NCBI GenBank assembly: GCA_048886685.1
Contig: JBHLKM010000003.1
Coordinates: forward strand, 96,001-160,000
Source of the DNA: Candidatus Hodarchaeota archaeon
GTDB taxonomy: Archaea > Asgardarchaeota > Lokiarchaeia > Sigyniarchaeales > SOKP01
Reading direction: 5' to 3'
Length of the DNA stretch: 64,000 bases
Shown here: positions 1 to 10,886 of the stretch, in pieces
Layout of the letters: each line of letters opens with the position of its first letter
How positions within the stretch are numbered: the first letter of the stretch is position 1
The notes under the pieces: generated by a model
What the model was told of the DNA's origin: nothing
Database searches by the model: none
What the model saw: only the letters and a program-made list of their open reading frames with translations
Program-made: the position numbers and the translations under genes

Positions 1-366
1 TTTTAATAATCGTTCAATACTTTTGTAAATATCATCGTCTTTGAACGGCTTTTTAATATAATCTTTTGCTCCTTTTTCAGTAGCTTCCAAAATCGATAAT
101 TCTTGTCCCATTGCACTAACAACGACTATGTTTGCGGCTTTATCAAATTTCATTATTTCTTCAATTGCTTGGAGTCCGTCATAATTAGGCATAACTAAAT
201 CCATGGTTACTAAGTCTGGCTTCAAATCTTTATATAATCCTACTGCATCTTCTCCATTAGAAGCTTCCCCTATAACTTCCGCAAAATCCATATTCCCTAT
301 AATTTTTTTAATTCGATTTCTTACAAATGTTGCATCATCAACTATCAATATTTTTGATTTCTTAAT
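1..366 (-). CDS. CheY-like single-domain response regulator (3' end runs off the window; probable ATT start)
   Basis: Manual translation gives IKKSKILIVDDATFVR...DLVTMDLVMPNYDG...VVVSAMGQ...DYIKKPF: acidic pair, phosphoacceptor Asp, Ser and KP of a receiver domain. An in-frame TAA lies immediately before ATT at 366. Confidence 0.9.
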   Translation of the reverse strand, partial: MKKSKILIVDDATFVRNRIKKIIGNMDFAEVIGEASNGEDAVGLYKDLKPDLVTMDLVMPNYDGLQAIEEIMKFDKAANIVVVSAMGQELSILEATEKGAKDYIKKPFKDDDIYKSIERLLK

Positions 367-613
367 TTAACTCACTTTTTTTAATGGTTTATTATAGGTG
401 TTTTATGACTCTAAATTAGTAAAAGAACTTTATTATAAAGTTATCCGATACTGCCTAATTTCGTTATCATTAATAGTACATCAAGTGACAAGTTTGTTTC
501 TACGATGTTAAAATAGACGACAAAACAATATGCTAAAAAAAGTATCGAAACTTTGAAAAAAACAATCAAAGAAACTTTAATTACTTAATAATCACTTTAA
601 AATTTTGATATAA

Positions 614-2296
614 ATGACTGAATTAGTAGAGAAACTATTTACTCAAAACTGGAATTATAAAAATCGTCAAGAAGTTATTAAAAGATTACAGAAAAATCAT
701 TATGATATTATCGTAATAGGAGCAGGTATCACTGGAGCGGGTGTTGCAAGAGAAGCTTCTATGAGAAACTTAAAAGTTGCCGTTGTAGATAAACAAGATT
801 TTGCCGCTGGAACCTCTTCACGGAGTTCAAAACTAGCACATGGAGGTATAAGATATTTAGGTCTAGGGGAAATGGATCTTGTTCGAGAATCAACAACAGA
901 AAGAAATTGGATGAGAGTCCATATCCCACATTTAGTAAGACCAATACCATTTCTGTTTATTGCATTAAAAGGGGGTAAATATAAGAAGCGAGACATAATT
1001 GGGGCATGTAGAATTTATGATTTTTTAGGTAATGACAAATCTGATTTTAAGAATTATAAAAATCACAGTTGGTATTTACCAGAAGAAATTTTTAAGATGG
1101 AACCTGAGTTTATTAGGGAAGGAAATATTGGTGGTGCTGTGTATTATGATAATAATGTTGATGATGCTAGACTAACCATTGAAACCTTAAAAGAAGCCAT
1201 TGTTAGAGGTGCAGATGTAGTAAATTATTGCAAAGTAATTGGTTATATTAAAGATAACGCCAAAATCTTGGGAGTAAAATGCACAGATTTAGAAAATGAA
1301 TCAGATTTTGAAATAAAGGGGACTTTAGTAATAAATGCTACAGGAATTTGGACTGATGAATTATTAGAGACTTATCCTGAACATATTCCAAAACCATTAA
1401 TTCGCCCTACAAAAGGAGTTCATTTACAATTTAAAAGGGAACATGTTAAAAATAATATGGCTACGATTATTCGCTCAATTCATGACGATAGAGCTTTTTT
1501 TGTATTACCCCGAAATGATAATTTTACTATAATTGGAACTACTGATACAGATTATAAAGCTAATTTAGAAAATCCATTTTGTAATAAAGATGATGCTGAT
1601 TATTTATTAAAATCTGTAAAACATTATTTTCCCAATGCGGAGTTAGAATATGATAACATTTTATCCACATATGCCGGGATAAGACCTTTAGTTATGCAAA
1701 AAGGCAAATCTGAAAGTGAAATTTCCCGAAAACACATTATTTTTTTCTCAAATGATGGATTATTAACAATAACGGGTGGGAAATTAACAGCATTTAGGAG
1801 TATGGCTGAAGATTTATTTAAAAAAATTGAAGAAAAAGAGATATTTCCTGCTATTGCAAGAAAGGATAATTTTTCAAAACAAAAATATTTAATTAGCTTA
1901 GATAAACACGAATGGCTTGAAATCTTGAAAAATTCAGACATTCAATTAGATGAAGATATAACTGAACATATTTATCAGCAATATGGAAAAGGAACCTTAA
2001 AAATTCTTGAGATTATCAAAGAAAATGAAACTCTTAAAGAGAAAATTCTAAAAGAAAATTATTTTATTAAAGCAGAAATAGTTTATTGTCTGAGATATGA
2101 AATGACACAACATTTAATGGATTTGTTTTGTCGTCGAACAGAGATGTCTCTCTGGATTGGTCATAAAAATGCGATTAAAGCAGCTGAAATAGTCGCTGAC
2201 ATCATGGCAAGAGAATATGATTGGAATGAAGAGAAGAAAAAGCAAGAAATAAATGCCTACATTGAATATGTTAAAAAAACAGTTTCTTTTATCTAA
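614..2296 (+). CDS. glpD: FAD-dependent glycerol-3-phosphate dehydrogenase (GlpD/GlpA family)
   Basis: IGAGITG, GTSSRSSKLAHGGIRYL, DDARL, NATG-W-D, RPTKGVH, GTTD, AGIRPL, ITGGKLT motifs. Confidence 0.92.
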   Translation: MTELVEKLFTQNWNYKNRQEVIKRLQKNHYDIIVIGAGITGAGVAREASMRNLKVAVVDKQDFAAGTSSRSSKLAHGGIRYLGLGEMDLVRESTTERNWMRVHIPHLVRPIPFLFIALKGGKYKKRDIIGACRIYDFLGNDKSDFKNYKNHSWYLPEEIFKMEPEFIREGNIGGAVYYDNNVDDARLTIETLKEAIVRGADVVNYCKVIGYIKDNAKILGVKCTDLENESDFEIKGTLVINATGIWTDELLETYPEHIPKPLIRPTKGVHLQFKREHVKNNMATIIRSIHDDRAFFVLPRNDNFTIIGTTDTDYKANLENPFCNKDDADYLLKSVKHYFPNAELEYDNILSTYAGIRPLVMQKGKSESEISRKHIIFFSNDGLLTITGGKLTAFRSMAEDLFKKIEEKEIFPAIARKDNFSKQKYLISLDKHEWLEILKNSDIQLDEDITEHIYQQYGKGTLKILEIIKENETLKEKILKENYFIKAEIVYCLRYEMTQHLMDLFCRRTEMSLWIGHKNAIKAAEIVADIMAREYDWNEEKKKQEINAYIEYVKKTVSFI

Positions 2297-2304
2297 ATAT
2301 TTAC

Positions 2305-2319
2305 TTTCTTTTTTTTTTT
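2305..2319 (+). terminator. U-rich archaeal-type terminator candidate after glpD
   Basis: tttcttttttttttt run about 10 nt after the stop codon. Confidence 0.5.
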
Positions 2320-2398
2320 GAAATATTGGACTATATATTTTTAATAAATATTATTTTATATATTCATTATAATAATATATCCAAAATTAAATTAAAGC

Positions 2399-3079
2399 GT
2401 GATTAAATTGATTTTTGAGTGGGACTTTACAGACAATTTTTTAAAACCCCTTGGAGAATTTGGTGGTTTTTTCATGATAATTCTAGGGATAATCTGGGTA
2501 ATTTTCGTGGCATACGAAACACGAAGAAGAAAATCTTTTAAAAAAAGGAAAGTGGAAGAGTGGGATTTTGATGTAACGAAATTCTTGAAGATTTTAACGT
2601 ATCTGGGATTTTTAATTGGACTATTTAGCATTTTAACTGGAGCTGCAGAATTAATGTTTGATATACCACCAACGAATAGATTTGAAGATGTAAATGGCGA
2701 TGCTACTAGTGTTTTTACAGCAATTATGTTGATTATATTAGGAATTTTAACATTTGTTAAACCTGGAAATGATCTTCCGATTGCAAGCATGTTTGGTATT
2801 TTTGCAGCTTCAGCAGTTATAATTATTATTACACTCGTTCTCCCACCAGAAGTTGAACAAGTGATTGGTGCTTTTATAAACTTTCGATTATTCTTGTTCA
2901 TTGTTTTTATAATTATTTTCGCGATAATCGCTCTTATCGTGAAATTTTATACATCTGGCTTCATGGCTGTTTCTAAAGCACTCTCGTGGCCACCTTTGGC
3001 AGTTATTGTTGCTGCATTCTGTTTTATACAAGGATTTTTGTTACTGGTGTTTGGAGTTTCAATTACAGGTGTATTTTAA
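2399..3079 (+). CDS. Polytopic membrane protein of unknown function
   Basis: About 6-7 hydrophobic segments; basic loop RRRKSFKKRK after the first. Confidence 0.75.
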   Translation: MIKLIFEWDFTDNFLKPLGEFGGFFMIILGIIWVIFVAYETRRRKSFKKRKVEEWDFDVTKFLKILTYLGFLIGLFSILTGAAELMFDIPPTNRFEDVNGDATSVFTAIMLIILGILTFVKPGNDLPIASMFGIFAASAVIIIITLVLPPEVEQVIGAFINFRLFLFIVFIIIFAIIALIVKFYTSGFMAVSKALSWPPLAVIVAAFCFIQGFLLLVFGVSITGVF

Positions 3080-3152
3080 ATCTTAATTTATTTTTTATTT
3101 TTATCTTTAAAAGATTTAAAAATTTCATTTGTTTCATTCAAATTTAATACTT

Positions 3153-4265
3153 TCAATAGAAACTAAATCTATGTGAGAGATTTTTATTAATTTCTCCAAT
3201 AATATCATTATTTAGCTTATAGGCACATTTTGGGCATTTTTTTTCATTTGTAACATCTATTTTCTTAAAACTATATCCTCTTCTTTCAAATAATAAATGT
3301 CCACAATTTGGACAATATGTATTACTCCCTTGCTCATGGTTTATATTGCCTACATAGGGAAAATATAATCCCACATCCTTTGCAACTTTATATGCCATAT
3401 CTAAAGTTGCATAGGGTGTTCTTTTATTAGAAGGAGCTTTGAAATCAGGATGATATGCAGAAAAATGTGTAGGAGTATCTTTTCCTAAATTATCTACAAT
3501 CCAATTACATAATTTTTCAATATCTTCTTTACTATCATTTAGATCTGGAATGATCAAATTTGTAATCTCAACATGCATACCATTTGTTTTAAAATATTTA
3601 GCTGTTTCTAGTACGGGTTGTACAGATTTAACTCCACAAATTTTTTTATAAAAATCATCTTTCATTGCTTTAATATCGACATTAGCCGCATCAATACCCG
3701 CTTGTACGAGCTCCTTAGAAGCTTCTGGTGTAGAATATCCATTTGTAACTAAAATAGTTTTAATATCTTTCTCTTTAAGTAATCTTGCTGTATCTAATAT
3801 CCATTCATGCCAAATTAAAGGTTCGTTATATGTATATGCTAAGGTTTTTGCCCCACTCTTAACAACTTTTTTAACTAGCTGGTCAGGAGTCATTTCTACT
3901 AAAGACATTCCTCGTCCCTGATAGCCCTCAAGATCATAAAATCCATTTTTTCCATTATCTGTTGGGTTAGCTTGAGATATAGACCAATTTTGACAATTCT
4001 GACACTTAAAAGAACATCCTATTGATGCTATTGAGTAAGCTGTGGCGCCTGGCCAAAAATTGTAGAGTGGTTTTTTTTCAATAGGATCAAGACTTCCAGC
4101 AGAAATATGGGATCCATAAATTAAAGTGAATAATTCTCCATCAAAATTTTTTCTCGTTCGACATATACCCACTTTTTCAGGTAAAATAATACATTCATTT
4201 GCACAAATATGACATTGAACTTTATTGTTATCTAGGCTATTCCATAACCTTGCTTTTACTTTCAT
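3153..4265 (-). CDS. amrS: AmmeMemoRadiSam-system radical SAM enzyme
   Basis: N-terminal CHICANEC...GICRTR, DPIEKKPL, CSFKCQNCQNWSISQ (CxxxCxxC), AYTYNEP, C-terminal TYCPNCG. Confidence 0.92.
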   Translation of the reverse strand: MKVKARLWNSLDNNKVQCHICANECIILPEKVGICRTRKNFDGELFTLIYGSHISAGSLDPIEKKPLYNFWPGATAYSIASIGCSFKCQNCQNWSISQANPTDNGKNGFYDLEGYQGRGMSLVEMTPDQLVKKVVKSGAKTLAYTYNEPLIWHEWILDTARLLKEKDIKTILVTNGYSTPEASKELVQAGIDAANVDIKAMKDDFYKKICGVKSVQPVLETAKYFKTNGMHVEITNLIIPDLNDSKEDIEKLCNWIVDNLGKDTPTHFSAYHPDFKAPSNKRTPYATLDMAYKVAKDVGLYFPYVGNINHEQGSNTYCPNCGHLLFERRGYSFKKIDVTNEKKCPKCAYKLNNDIIGEINKNLSHRFSFY

Positions 4266-4388
4266 AATAATCCACTTACTTTATTTGATTTTCATTGAGA
4301 TTATTCTCTAAATATATAATAGATAGGTAATTTTATATTTCTTATAGATTTAAAATATTATTTTCAAAACATTAGGCAGGTATTCGAA

Positions 4389-4826
4389 ATGTCAAGGGTA
4401 GAAAAAGCTGTTTCTTCTTTTAGAGGAGATTTTAATTGTGCTCAATCCATATTGAGCACATATGGTATTCAATATGGACTAAATCGAGATACAGCTTTAA
4501 AATTAGCTACAGGTTTTGGCGGGGGCATGGCAAGATTTGGGAGAACATGTGGTGCCATTTCTGCGGCTTTTATGGTCATTGGCTTAAAATATGGTATGGG
4601 AATAAATGGGAAAATAAAATTAAAAGAAAAGACATATCAGCTTATTAGAGAATTTTCTAGCCAATTTCAAGGAATTCATGGCTCTTTAATTTGTAGGGAA
4701 TTACTCGAGTGTGATATTAATACACCAGAAGGTAAGAACTATTACTCTCAAAATGAATTATTTGAAAAGAAATGTCTGCAATATGTAAAGAACTCAGCAG
4801 AAATTTTAGAAAAAATATTAGAATGA
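4389..4826 (+). CDS. C_GCAxxG_C_C family redox-active protein
   Basis: FNCAQS, FGGGM...TCGAISAA, ICRELL, KC pattern. Confidence 0.88.
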   Translation: MSRVEKAVSSFRGDFNCAQSILSTYGIQYGLNRDTALKLATGFGGGMARFGRTCGAISAAFMVIGLKYGMGINGKIKLKEKTYQLIREFSSQFQGIHGSLICRELLECDINTPEGKNYYSQNELFEKKCLQYVKNSAEILEKILE

Positions 4827-4862
4827 GATTAAGTAAAACAATTAGTTTTAATTTGAATTTTT

Positions 4863-5780
4863 ATGACAAATAATGAAACAGATCTCAATAAAGAGGAATT
4901 GCAAGGTTTATTAAATAGAAAGCAGGAAAATATTGCAGAGTTAGAAAAAATCGGTAAAAATTCAAATTATATTAAAGAATTAAGTGATATCGCTTTAATT
5001 CAACTGCAATTAGAACAATATAATGACTCAGAGAAAAATCTTTTAATTTGTTTAAAGCATTTTGAGAAACAAAAAGATAGATTAGGACAAGCTTCTGTTT
5101 ATGGAATATTAGGAACCTTGTTCTATAAAAAAGGTGATTATCTAATATCTATTGAGTATTATGAAAAAGCATATGAGATATATGAGGAATTAATACAAAT
5201 TCAAGAAAAGATCACCTGTTTAAAAGGAATAGGTAATAGTTTAATAAAATTAAACAAATTGGACGAAGCTTGTGATATTTTTTTAGATTGTAGTGCTATT
5301 TGTTCTGATAATAATGATATCTACAATTTATTAGACTGTCTAGGAAATTTAATTTATATTTATGAAACAAATGAAACATGGGATGTAGTTTTTGAACTTT
5401 ATAAAAAAACTTTAAAAGCTTTTAAACAAATAAATGATTCTAAAGGAATAATTACATCATATTATAACTTAGGAATCCTTGAAAAAAATAATCATAATAT
5501 GAGAGAGGCACTACGATATTTTAAGAAAGGCACTAATAAAGCAATTGATTCTAACTATACTGAGTTAATTATTAAAGGTTTAGGCTATGTTGGAGAGAGT
5601 TTGTTTTATTTAGGAGAAATTAAAGACGCTAAAAATCAATTTATAAAAGCATTACACTTAGCAAATCAAATTAAAGCCGAGAATGCTAAACTTCAATTCC
5701 ATGTCTTGCTCCAATCACTTGGGTTAAAAGATCAACAAATTATAGATGAATTAAGGATGTATAAATATAGTTTGAAATGA
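4863..5780 (+). CDS. Tetratricopeptide repeat protein
   Basis: Repeated LG...G..A..Y.KA helical-pair pattern. Confidence 0.85.
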   Translation: MTNNETDLNKEELQGLLNRKQENIAELEKIGKNSNYIKELSDIALIQLQLEQYNDSEKNLLICLKHFEKQKDRLGQASVYGILGTLFYKKGDYLISIEYYEKAYEIYEELIQIQEKITCLKGIGNSLIKLNKLDEACDIFLDCSAICSDNNDIYNLLDCLGNLIYIYETNETWDVVFELYKKTLKAFKQINDSKGIITSYYNLGILEKNNHNMREALRYFKKGTNKAIDSNYTELIIKGLGYVGESLFYLGEIKDAKNQFIKALHLANQIKAENAKLQFHVLLQSLGLKDQQIIDELRMYKYSLK

Positions 5781-5784
5781 AATT

Positions 5785-6555
5785 TCATGAAAATTTAGAA
5801 AAATCTGGTTTTCTTTTTTCAAAAAATGCTTTAAAAGCTTCTTGAGCTTCAGGAGATCTCTGTCTTCTTACAAATTCGGCTCCTTCTTCTGGCATTAGTT
5901 TTTCAAGAACTCCAGTGTAGTACTTTTTTATGTATGCTTTTGTTTGTCGTAAAGCCTCTGGAGGTTTTTCAGCTAAGTTTTCTGCTAAAAGAGTTACTTC
6001 TTTGATTAACTCACTTTCTGGAAAAATTTTATTTATGATTCCAATCTCATTAGCTTCTTCAGCGCTAAACCAATCTCCAAAGAAGAATAATTCATTAGCA
6101 CGTTGACGTCCTATTAATTCTGGTAGATTAAATGTACTCCCAAATTCAGGGATTAATCCCAAATTAACAAACGGAAATTGAAATCTGGTATCCTTTGCGG
6201 CATAGACTAAATCAAAGTGTAATAACATAGTAACTCCAACACCAATTGCATATCCATGAACAGCAGCTAATATAGGTTTCTTTGCTTCTAAAATCCATTG
6301 TGTCCAACTTCTTGATGGTCTAGAACCTGATGCCCAATTAAGATCCTGAAAATCTTTTAAATCATTCCCGGCACAAAAACATTTTCCATTACCATATAGT
6401 AAAATAACTTTAATATTTGGATCATTTTCAGCCTTCTCTATACCTTCAGCAATTCCAGCATACATAACTCTTGTAAGTGCATTCCTTTTCTCCGCTCTGT
6501 TAAAGATAATATGAAAAACTCCATTTTCAGATTTAAATATTATTTGATCACTCAT
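5785..6555 (-). CDS. Enoyl-CoA hydratase/isomerase (crotonase) family protein
   Basis: NRAEKRNAL, FCAGNDL, AAVHGYAIGVG, PFVNLGLIPEFGST; start placed at the internal ATG (MSDQ). Confidence 0.9.
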   Translation of the reverse strand: MSDQIIFKSENGVFHIIFNRAEKRNALTRVMYAGIAEGIEKAENDPNIKVILLYGNGKCFCAGNDLKDFQDLNWASGSRPSRSWTQWILEAKKPILAAVHGYAIGVGVTMLLHFDLVYAAKDTRFQFPFVNLGLIPEFGSTFNLPELIGRQRANELFFFGDWFSAEEANEIGIINKIFPESELIKEVTLLAENLAEKPPEALRQTKAYIKKYYTGVLEKLMPEEGAEFVRRQRSPEAQEAFKAFFEKRKPDFSKFS

Positions 6556-6939
6556 TTTTTCACTTACGATCTGATATTTTCTTAATAACAATTAATATCT
6601 CATCATTTTAAAGAAGAAAGGTTTTAAAAAAATAAGTTAAAAAATTACGAAGAATGTTTATGCAAAGTTTATAATCCAAAACTATTTCACATTTTTTATT
6701 GCTTTTTCTTGATAAAAATAGAATACTATAGATGCTTTTAGAATAACAAATCCTAAAAACTTTTTGTGAGAAAAATAGTTGGGTTAAGGTTTAATCAAGT
6801 ATATTGGTTATTAAGAGTGTTTAACTTTCCATTTTAGACAACTAACTTAATGAAATTTGATTTAAATAATTATAAATAAATTAATTTTTATTTTTTAATA
6901 AAGAGATTCTAGTAATAATCAAAATATGTTTTTATATCT

Positions 6940-8364
6940 ATGAAGATCTGTCCTTATTGCAAACAACTTATTGCAGATGAACAATCATATTGCCCTAATT
7001 GTAATAAACCTTTAATTTCAAATCTGGGAAATCTCGTAAGTAATAATTTAACATCTGGATTTGACGAACCTGCAGTTTTTTCTTCAATTATGGAAGAAGA
7101 AGATGAATATTATGAAGATACAATCATAAATGATAGAGAAATAGAACTTGAAATAAAAAAATTAGATGAAGAGTTGGAGAGAAAAGAACTACTAGGAGAT
7201 CCAATTCCAGGGTCGCTATTATTAGAAAAATCGAGTTTGTATTATAAAAAGAGAGATTTACCTAATGCTATAAAAAGTCTTGAGTTAGCATTAAGAAATT
7301 TTGAAAAGGAAAATGATTTGTTTAATGTGGCAATATGTCATAATGAAATTGGTCTCATTCAAGAAGATATTGGATTTTTTGATCAAGCAATTTATCACTT
7401 TAATAGATCTCTTGAAATACTTAAGGATGTAAATGATAATCAAAAAATAATCAAAGTTTTAAACAATCTAGGAAATATATATTATTCGATTAAAGATTTA
7501 GAACAATCCTATAAATATTATCAAGAGGCCTTGGATTTATCTAAACGAGACAAGTTAAGCTATGACGAAATAAAAACAGCTAACAATTTAGTAGAAGTTC
7601 TTTACTTACTGAAAGAATATGAAAGGATTAAAAGAATTTTATCGAGAAATTCAGAATTTTTCAAGCATAATGAAGATGCCTATGGAATGATTCAAGTCCA
7701 TATAAAATATGGGAAATTATATTATTTTATTGGTGAAGATTACAATCAAGCATATGAGAGTTTAAATAGTGCATTACAATTAATTGAGAGAATAAGTGAA
7801 AAACTTTCTATTTATATGAGAGCAAAATTAGAATGGGAATGTTTCCTATATCTTGGAAAATTATACTTATTATGGGGTAATCTAGTTGATGCTGAAATAT
7901 ATTTTTTAAAAAGTCTTGAAGCGGTCCGTATTTTCGAAATTGGGGAAAATATTAATCAAGGAAATATATTGGAAAGTTTAGCTGAGCTATATGATATAAA
8001 AGGAGAAAAAGACAAAACAATAGAATATTATATTTTAGCTTGTGAAATTTACTATAAATATGGGGATAATACGAAATGCGCTCAGATTAAATATAAAATT
8101 GGGAAAATATATTTGGAGGATGAAAAGGATACATCTAATTCAATACAATTTTTTGAAGAAGCATTAGATTTGTATGAGGATCTACAATATATGAAAGAAG
8201 CCGCTGATGTTCTTCATAAGTTGGGAGATATCTATATTGATATTAGAATGCCTGATATAGCTAAAGAAAATTTTGAAAAAGCACGAAATTATTATAAGGA
8301 GCTTCAAGATGATTATAATTTTAATTTAATAGAGGAAAAAATCAGATCTTTATATAATGTCTAA
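6940..8364 (+). CDS. Zinc-ribbon plus TPR repeat protein
   Basis: N-terminal CPYC-x-CPNC, acidic linker, then many TPR units. Confidence 0.85.
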   Translation: MKICPYCKQLIADEQSYCPNCNKPLISNLGNLVSNNLTSGFDEPAVFSSIMEEEDEYYEDTIINDREIELEIKKLDEELERKELLGDPIPGSLLLEKSSLYYKKRDLPNAIKSLELALRNFEKENDLFNVAICHNEIGLIQEDIGFFDQAIYHFNRSLEILKDVNDNQKIIKVLNNLGNIYYSIKDLEQSYKYYQEALDLSKRDKLSYDEIKTANNLVEVLYLLKEYERIKRILSRNSEFFKHNEDAYGMIQVHIKYGKLYYFIGEDYNQAYESLNSALQLIERISEKLSIYMRAKLEWECFLYLGKLYLLWGNLVDAEIYFLKSLEAVRIFEIGENINQGNILESLAELYDIKGEKDKTIEYYILACEIYYKYGDNTKCAQIKYKIGKIYLEDEKDTSNSIQFFEEALDLYEDLQYMKEAADVLHKLGDIYIDIRMPDIAKENFEKARNYYKELQDDYNFNLIEEKIRSLYNV

Positions 8365-9044
8365 TCATCCTCAATTTCAAAATCTTCTTTTTTGTAAACT
8401 CTTCTCTCATATTCCTCAAATCCAATTCCTTTAATAAAAGCATATGATACTATATTATCTTTATACACTTCACATCTAAGTTCTTTTACATGAGGGTAGT
8501 GTTCTTTTAAATAGTTCCATGCCGCCATTCCCAGTATAGTTCCAACGCCCCTCCTTTGAAATCTAGGAATGACTGCTAAGGCTGCAATTACAGCATATTC
8601 ATTATTCTCACCCTCAAAATCTAATAATACAAATGCGGCATCAATACCATAAATTTTTCCAATGAGGAATACAGTGTCTGGATGTTTGAGAATTGTTAAT
8701 AAATCAGTTTTAGTAATTGGTCTAAAAGGAGTATTACTCGTTAACCAAGCTCGATTATATATATTTTTGAGAGTATCAAGATCTTCTTTTATTGCCTCTC
8801 TGATTTTCGCTTGGATGATATTATGTTCAATTTTTTCTAATAATTGATCTTCAAATCCTTTAGTTATTTTTTCTACAGGAAGTCTCATCTGAATGTATAC
8901 CATACCATCTAGGTAAAGTTCTTCTGTAGATCTGTCTACTACTTCTTTTCGCTTCCTCTTAGTTTCTATAGAAAGAAATAGTGCTCTCATTCTTCTCTTT
9001 TTAAGATCGACTCTTTCTTTACGTTCTAATTTAGATCTTGGCAT
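8361..9044 (-). CDS. GNAT family N-acetyltransferase with basic N-terminal extension
   Basis: LAVIPRFQRRGVG acetyl-CoA motif, N..S..F...GF. Confidence 0.85.
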   Translation of the reverse strand: MPRSKLERKERVDLKKRRMRALFLSIETKRKRKEVVDRSTEELYLDGMVYIQMRLPVEKITKGFEDQLLEKIEHNIIQAKIREAIKEDLDTLKNIYNRAWLTSNTPFRPITKTDLLTILKHPDTVFLIGKIYGIDAAFVLLDFEGENNEYAVIAALAVIPRFQRRGVGTILGMAAWNYLKEHYPHVKELRCEVYKDNIVSYAFIKGIGFEEYERRVYKKEDFEIEDD

Positions 9045-9065
9045 AATAAAATAGACATATTAAAA

Positions 9066-10700
9066 TTAGGGTAATAAATTAAGATTTTCCCGAATAATTC
9101 CTTCAATATTTTCATTAATTAGAACTTTTTCTTTTAATTTTGAAACACCAAGCTGAATCTTTTTCTTTAAATTCACATCTTTGATCAAGTTTTTTCTTTC
9201 GGATGAAAATTCAAAGTTTGATCTTACTGCCATATCATCTTCAATTCTCTCAATTAGAAGATTTTGTAATTTCATTAAAGGATCGGAGATATATTCATAA
9301 ATATTATTTGGATCATTTGTAATATATCCTGGAAATAAAATATTCATACGTTCTTCCATATTCTCTTCATTTTCGATAAATATGACGTAAACGGGCATAT
9401 AAATCCATTGTATGGGTCTTGAAAACAATTCTGATTGATTGTCACTTAATGACGTTCTGACTAGTTCTTGAGCTTCTTGTATGCATTTATTTTGCTTTAA
9501 CTCTATGATTTCTTTAATGTTATTAAACATAGTCGTTATCTTTTCTTCCAGACTTTTTAAGCTCGTAATTTTTTCTTCTTTTTCACTTTCAAATTCTGAG
9601 AGTAATTTGTCTCTATCTTTTAATTTTAAATTCTGTGATTCCCTAAACGTATCTAATTTTATTTTAGCTTCTTCATCTATTTTAAGTGCTCTTTCCTTTA
9701 ATTCGACATATCTTTGGTTAAGTCCTTCAAGAGATTCTAAAAATTTCTTACCTTCTTCTTTCAAATAATTAAAGTGATTCTCAAAATGGGGCAAAATATC
9801 TTCATAAACCCTAGTTTTTAAGGAATCATCACTGGTAAAAAATTTATTTTTCTTAATCATTTCTTCAAGATTTCTCTCAGATGTTTTAAACAATGTTGAG
9901 ATACCCTCAATTATTTTTTTTTTCTCCTCTACAATCCATTGGTCGATTTTATCTTGTTCTAATTTCACTTGGTGGTCTATCTGGGTTGGATCTATTGTTG
10001 ATGATGCTTTATTCATCTGACTAGAATATCTCATATCAAGGTCTTTAATTTGTACGTTTAGATCAATAAGCCATTTCTCTACTTCTTTTTCTATCAACTC
10101 TATTTGAGTTTTCCATCTATAAGCATTCCCCTTCATTATATCTATTATGTTACGATAATTTTCGGATATATTTAAGGCGTTATCAGTGGTAATACTATGA
10201 TCTAATACAGTATAATCAATTATTGGTTTGTATTCTATTAATGGAATTATCGTGATCAATGTTTGGAGAAACTCAGGATTTATCAAACCATTTATTTCAA
10301 GTGTTTGATATTCAGATTCTTCACCTTCCCCTATTTCTTCTGCTTCTGTGTCTTTATAAGTCAAAATCTCTATTAGTTTATTCAATTCATCTATTTTTGT
10401 TCGATTTTCAATGTTTCTTAGAATATGACCGACCAGTGGTTGACGTGGGGGATTTGAAAATCTATCTCTTTTAGTAAAGATGCCTAATCCATCTATCATT
10501 ATGTGAGTGCCAATAGTTCCTTGTATACTTAAAAAAGGCCAAAGTAGTCTCGAAAATGAAAGAATTCTTTCATTTTTACTTAAATCTCTCGTTAAAAGAT
10601 AAAAAGCGAGGGATAATTCATCATTTCCTTGAATAACAGGTCCTCTTGTAATTTTATCAATAAAAAAAGGCAATAGATATTGGTTACCATGTACAGACAA
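9066..10700 (-). CDS. Long coiled-coil protein with globular N- and C-terminal regions
   Basis: TTG start after a GGTGA SD-like motif; central E/K/Q/L-rich heptad region; no Walker motifs. Confidence 0.75.
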   Translation of the reverse strand: MSVHGNQYLLPFFIDKITRGPVIQGNDELSLAFYLLTRDLSKNERILSFSRLLWPFLSIQGTIGTHIMIDGLGIFTKRDRFSNPPRQPLVGHILRNIENRTKIDELNKLIEILTYKDTEAEEIGEGEESEYQTLEINGLINPEFLQTLITIIPLIEYKPIIDYTVLDHSITTDNALNISENYRNIIDIMKGNAYRWKTQIELIEKEVEKWLIDLNVQIKDLDMRYSSQMNKASSTIDPTQIDHQVKLEQDKIDQWIVEEKKKIIEGISTLFKTSERNLEEMIKKNKFFTSDDSLKTRVYEDILPHFENHFNYLKEEGKKFLESLEGLNQRYVELKERALKIDEEAKIKLDTFRESQNLKLKDRDKLLSEFESEKEEKITSLKSLEEKITTMFNNIKEIIELKQNKCIQEAQELVRTSLSDNQSELFSRPIQWIYMPVYVIFIENEENMEERMNILFPGYITNDPNNIYEYISDPLMKLQNLLIERIEDDMAVRSNFEFSSERKNLIKDVNLKKKIQLGVSKLKEKVLINENIEGIIRENLNLLP

Positions 10701-10886
10701 GGATTTTCACCTACTTTTTAATTTCTTTATATTAAAATAATTCTGAATATATTAAATTTAAAGCGATTCAGTTTTAAAATTTTAATCTTTTTGAAAAAGA
10801 TAGTAAAAAACTTAGAGTCTAAATATTACAATAATTAATTATGAAATGAATTATGAAATGAAATTTAGAGTTTAAAAGGCACAAAA

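Noticed and set aside
10837-10862. Tandem 12-mer aattatgaaatg x2
   Set aside because: Only two AT-rich copies with no spacers; likely slippage, not CRISPR.
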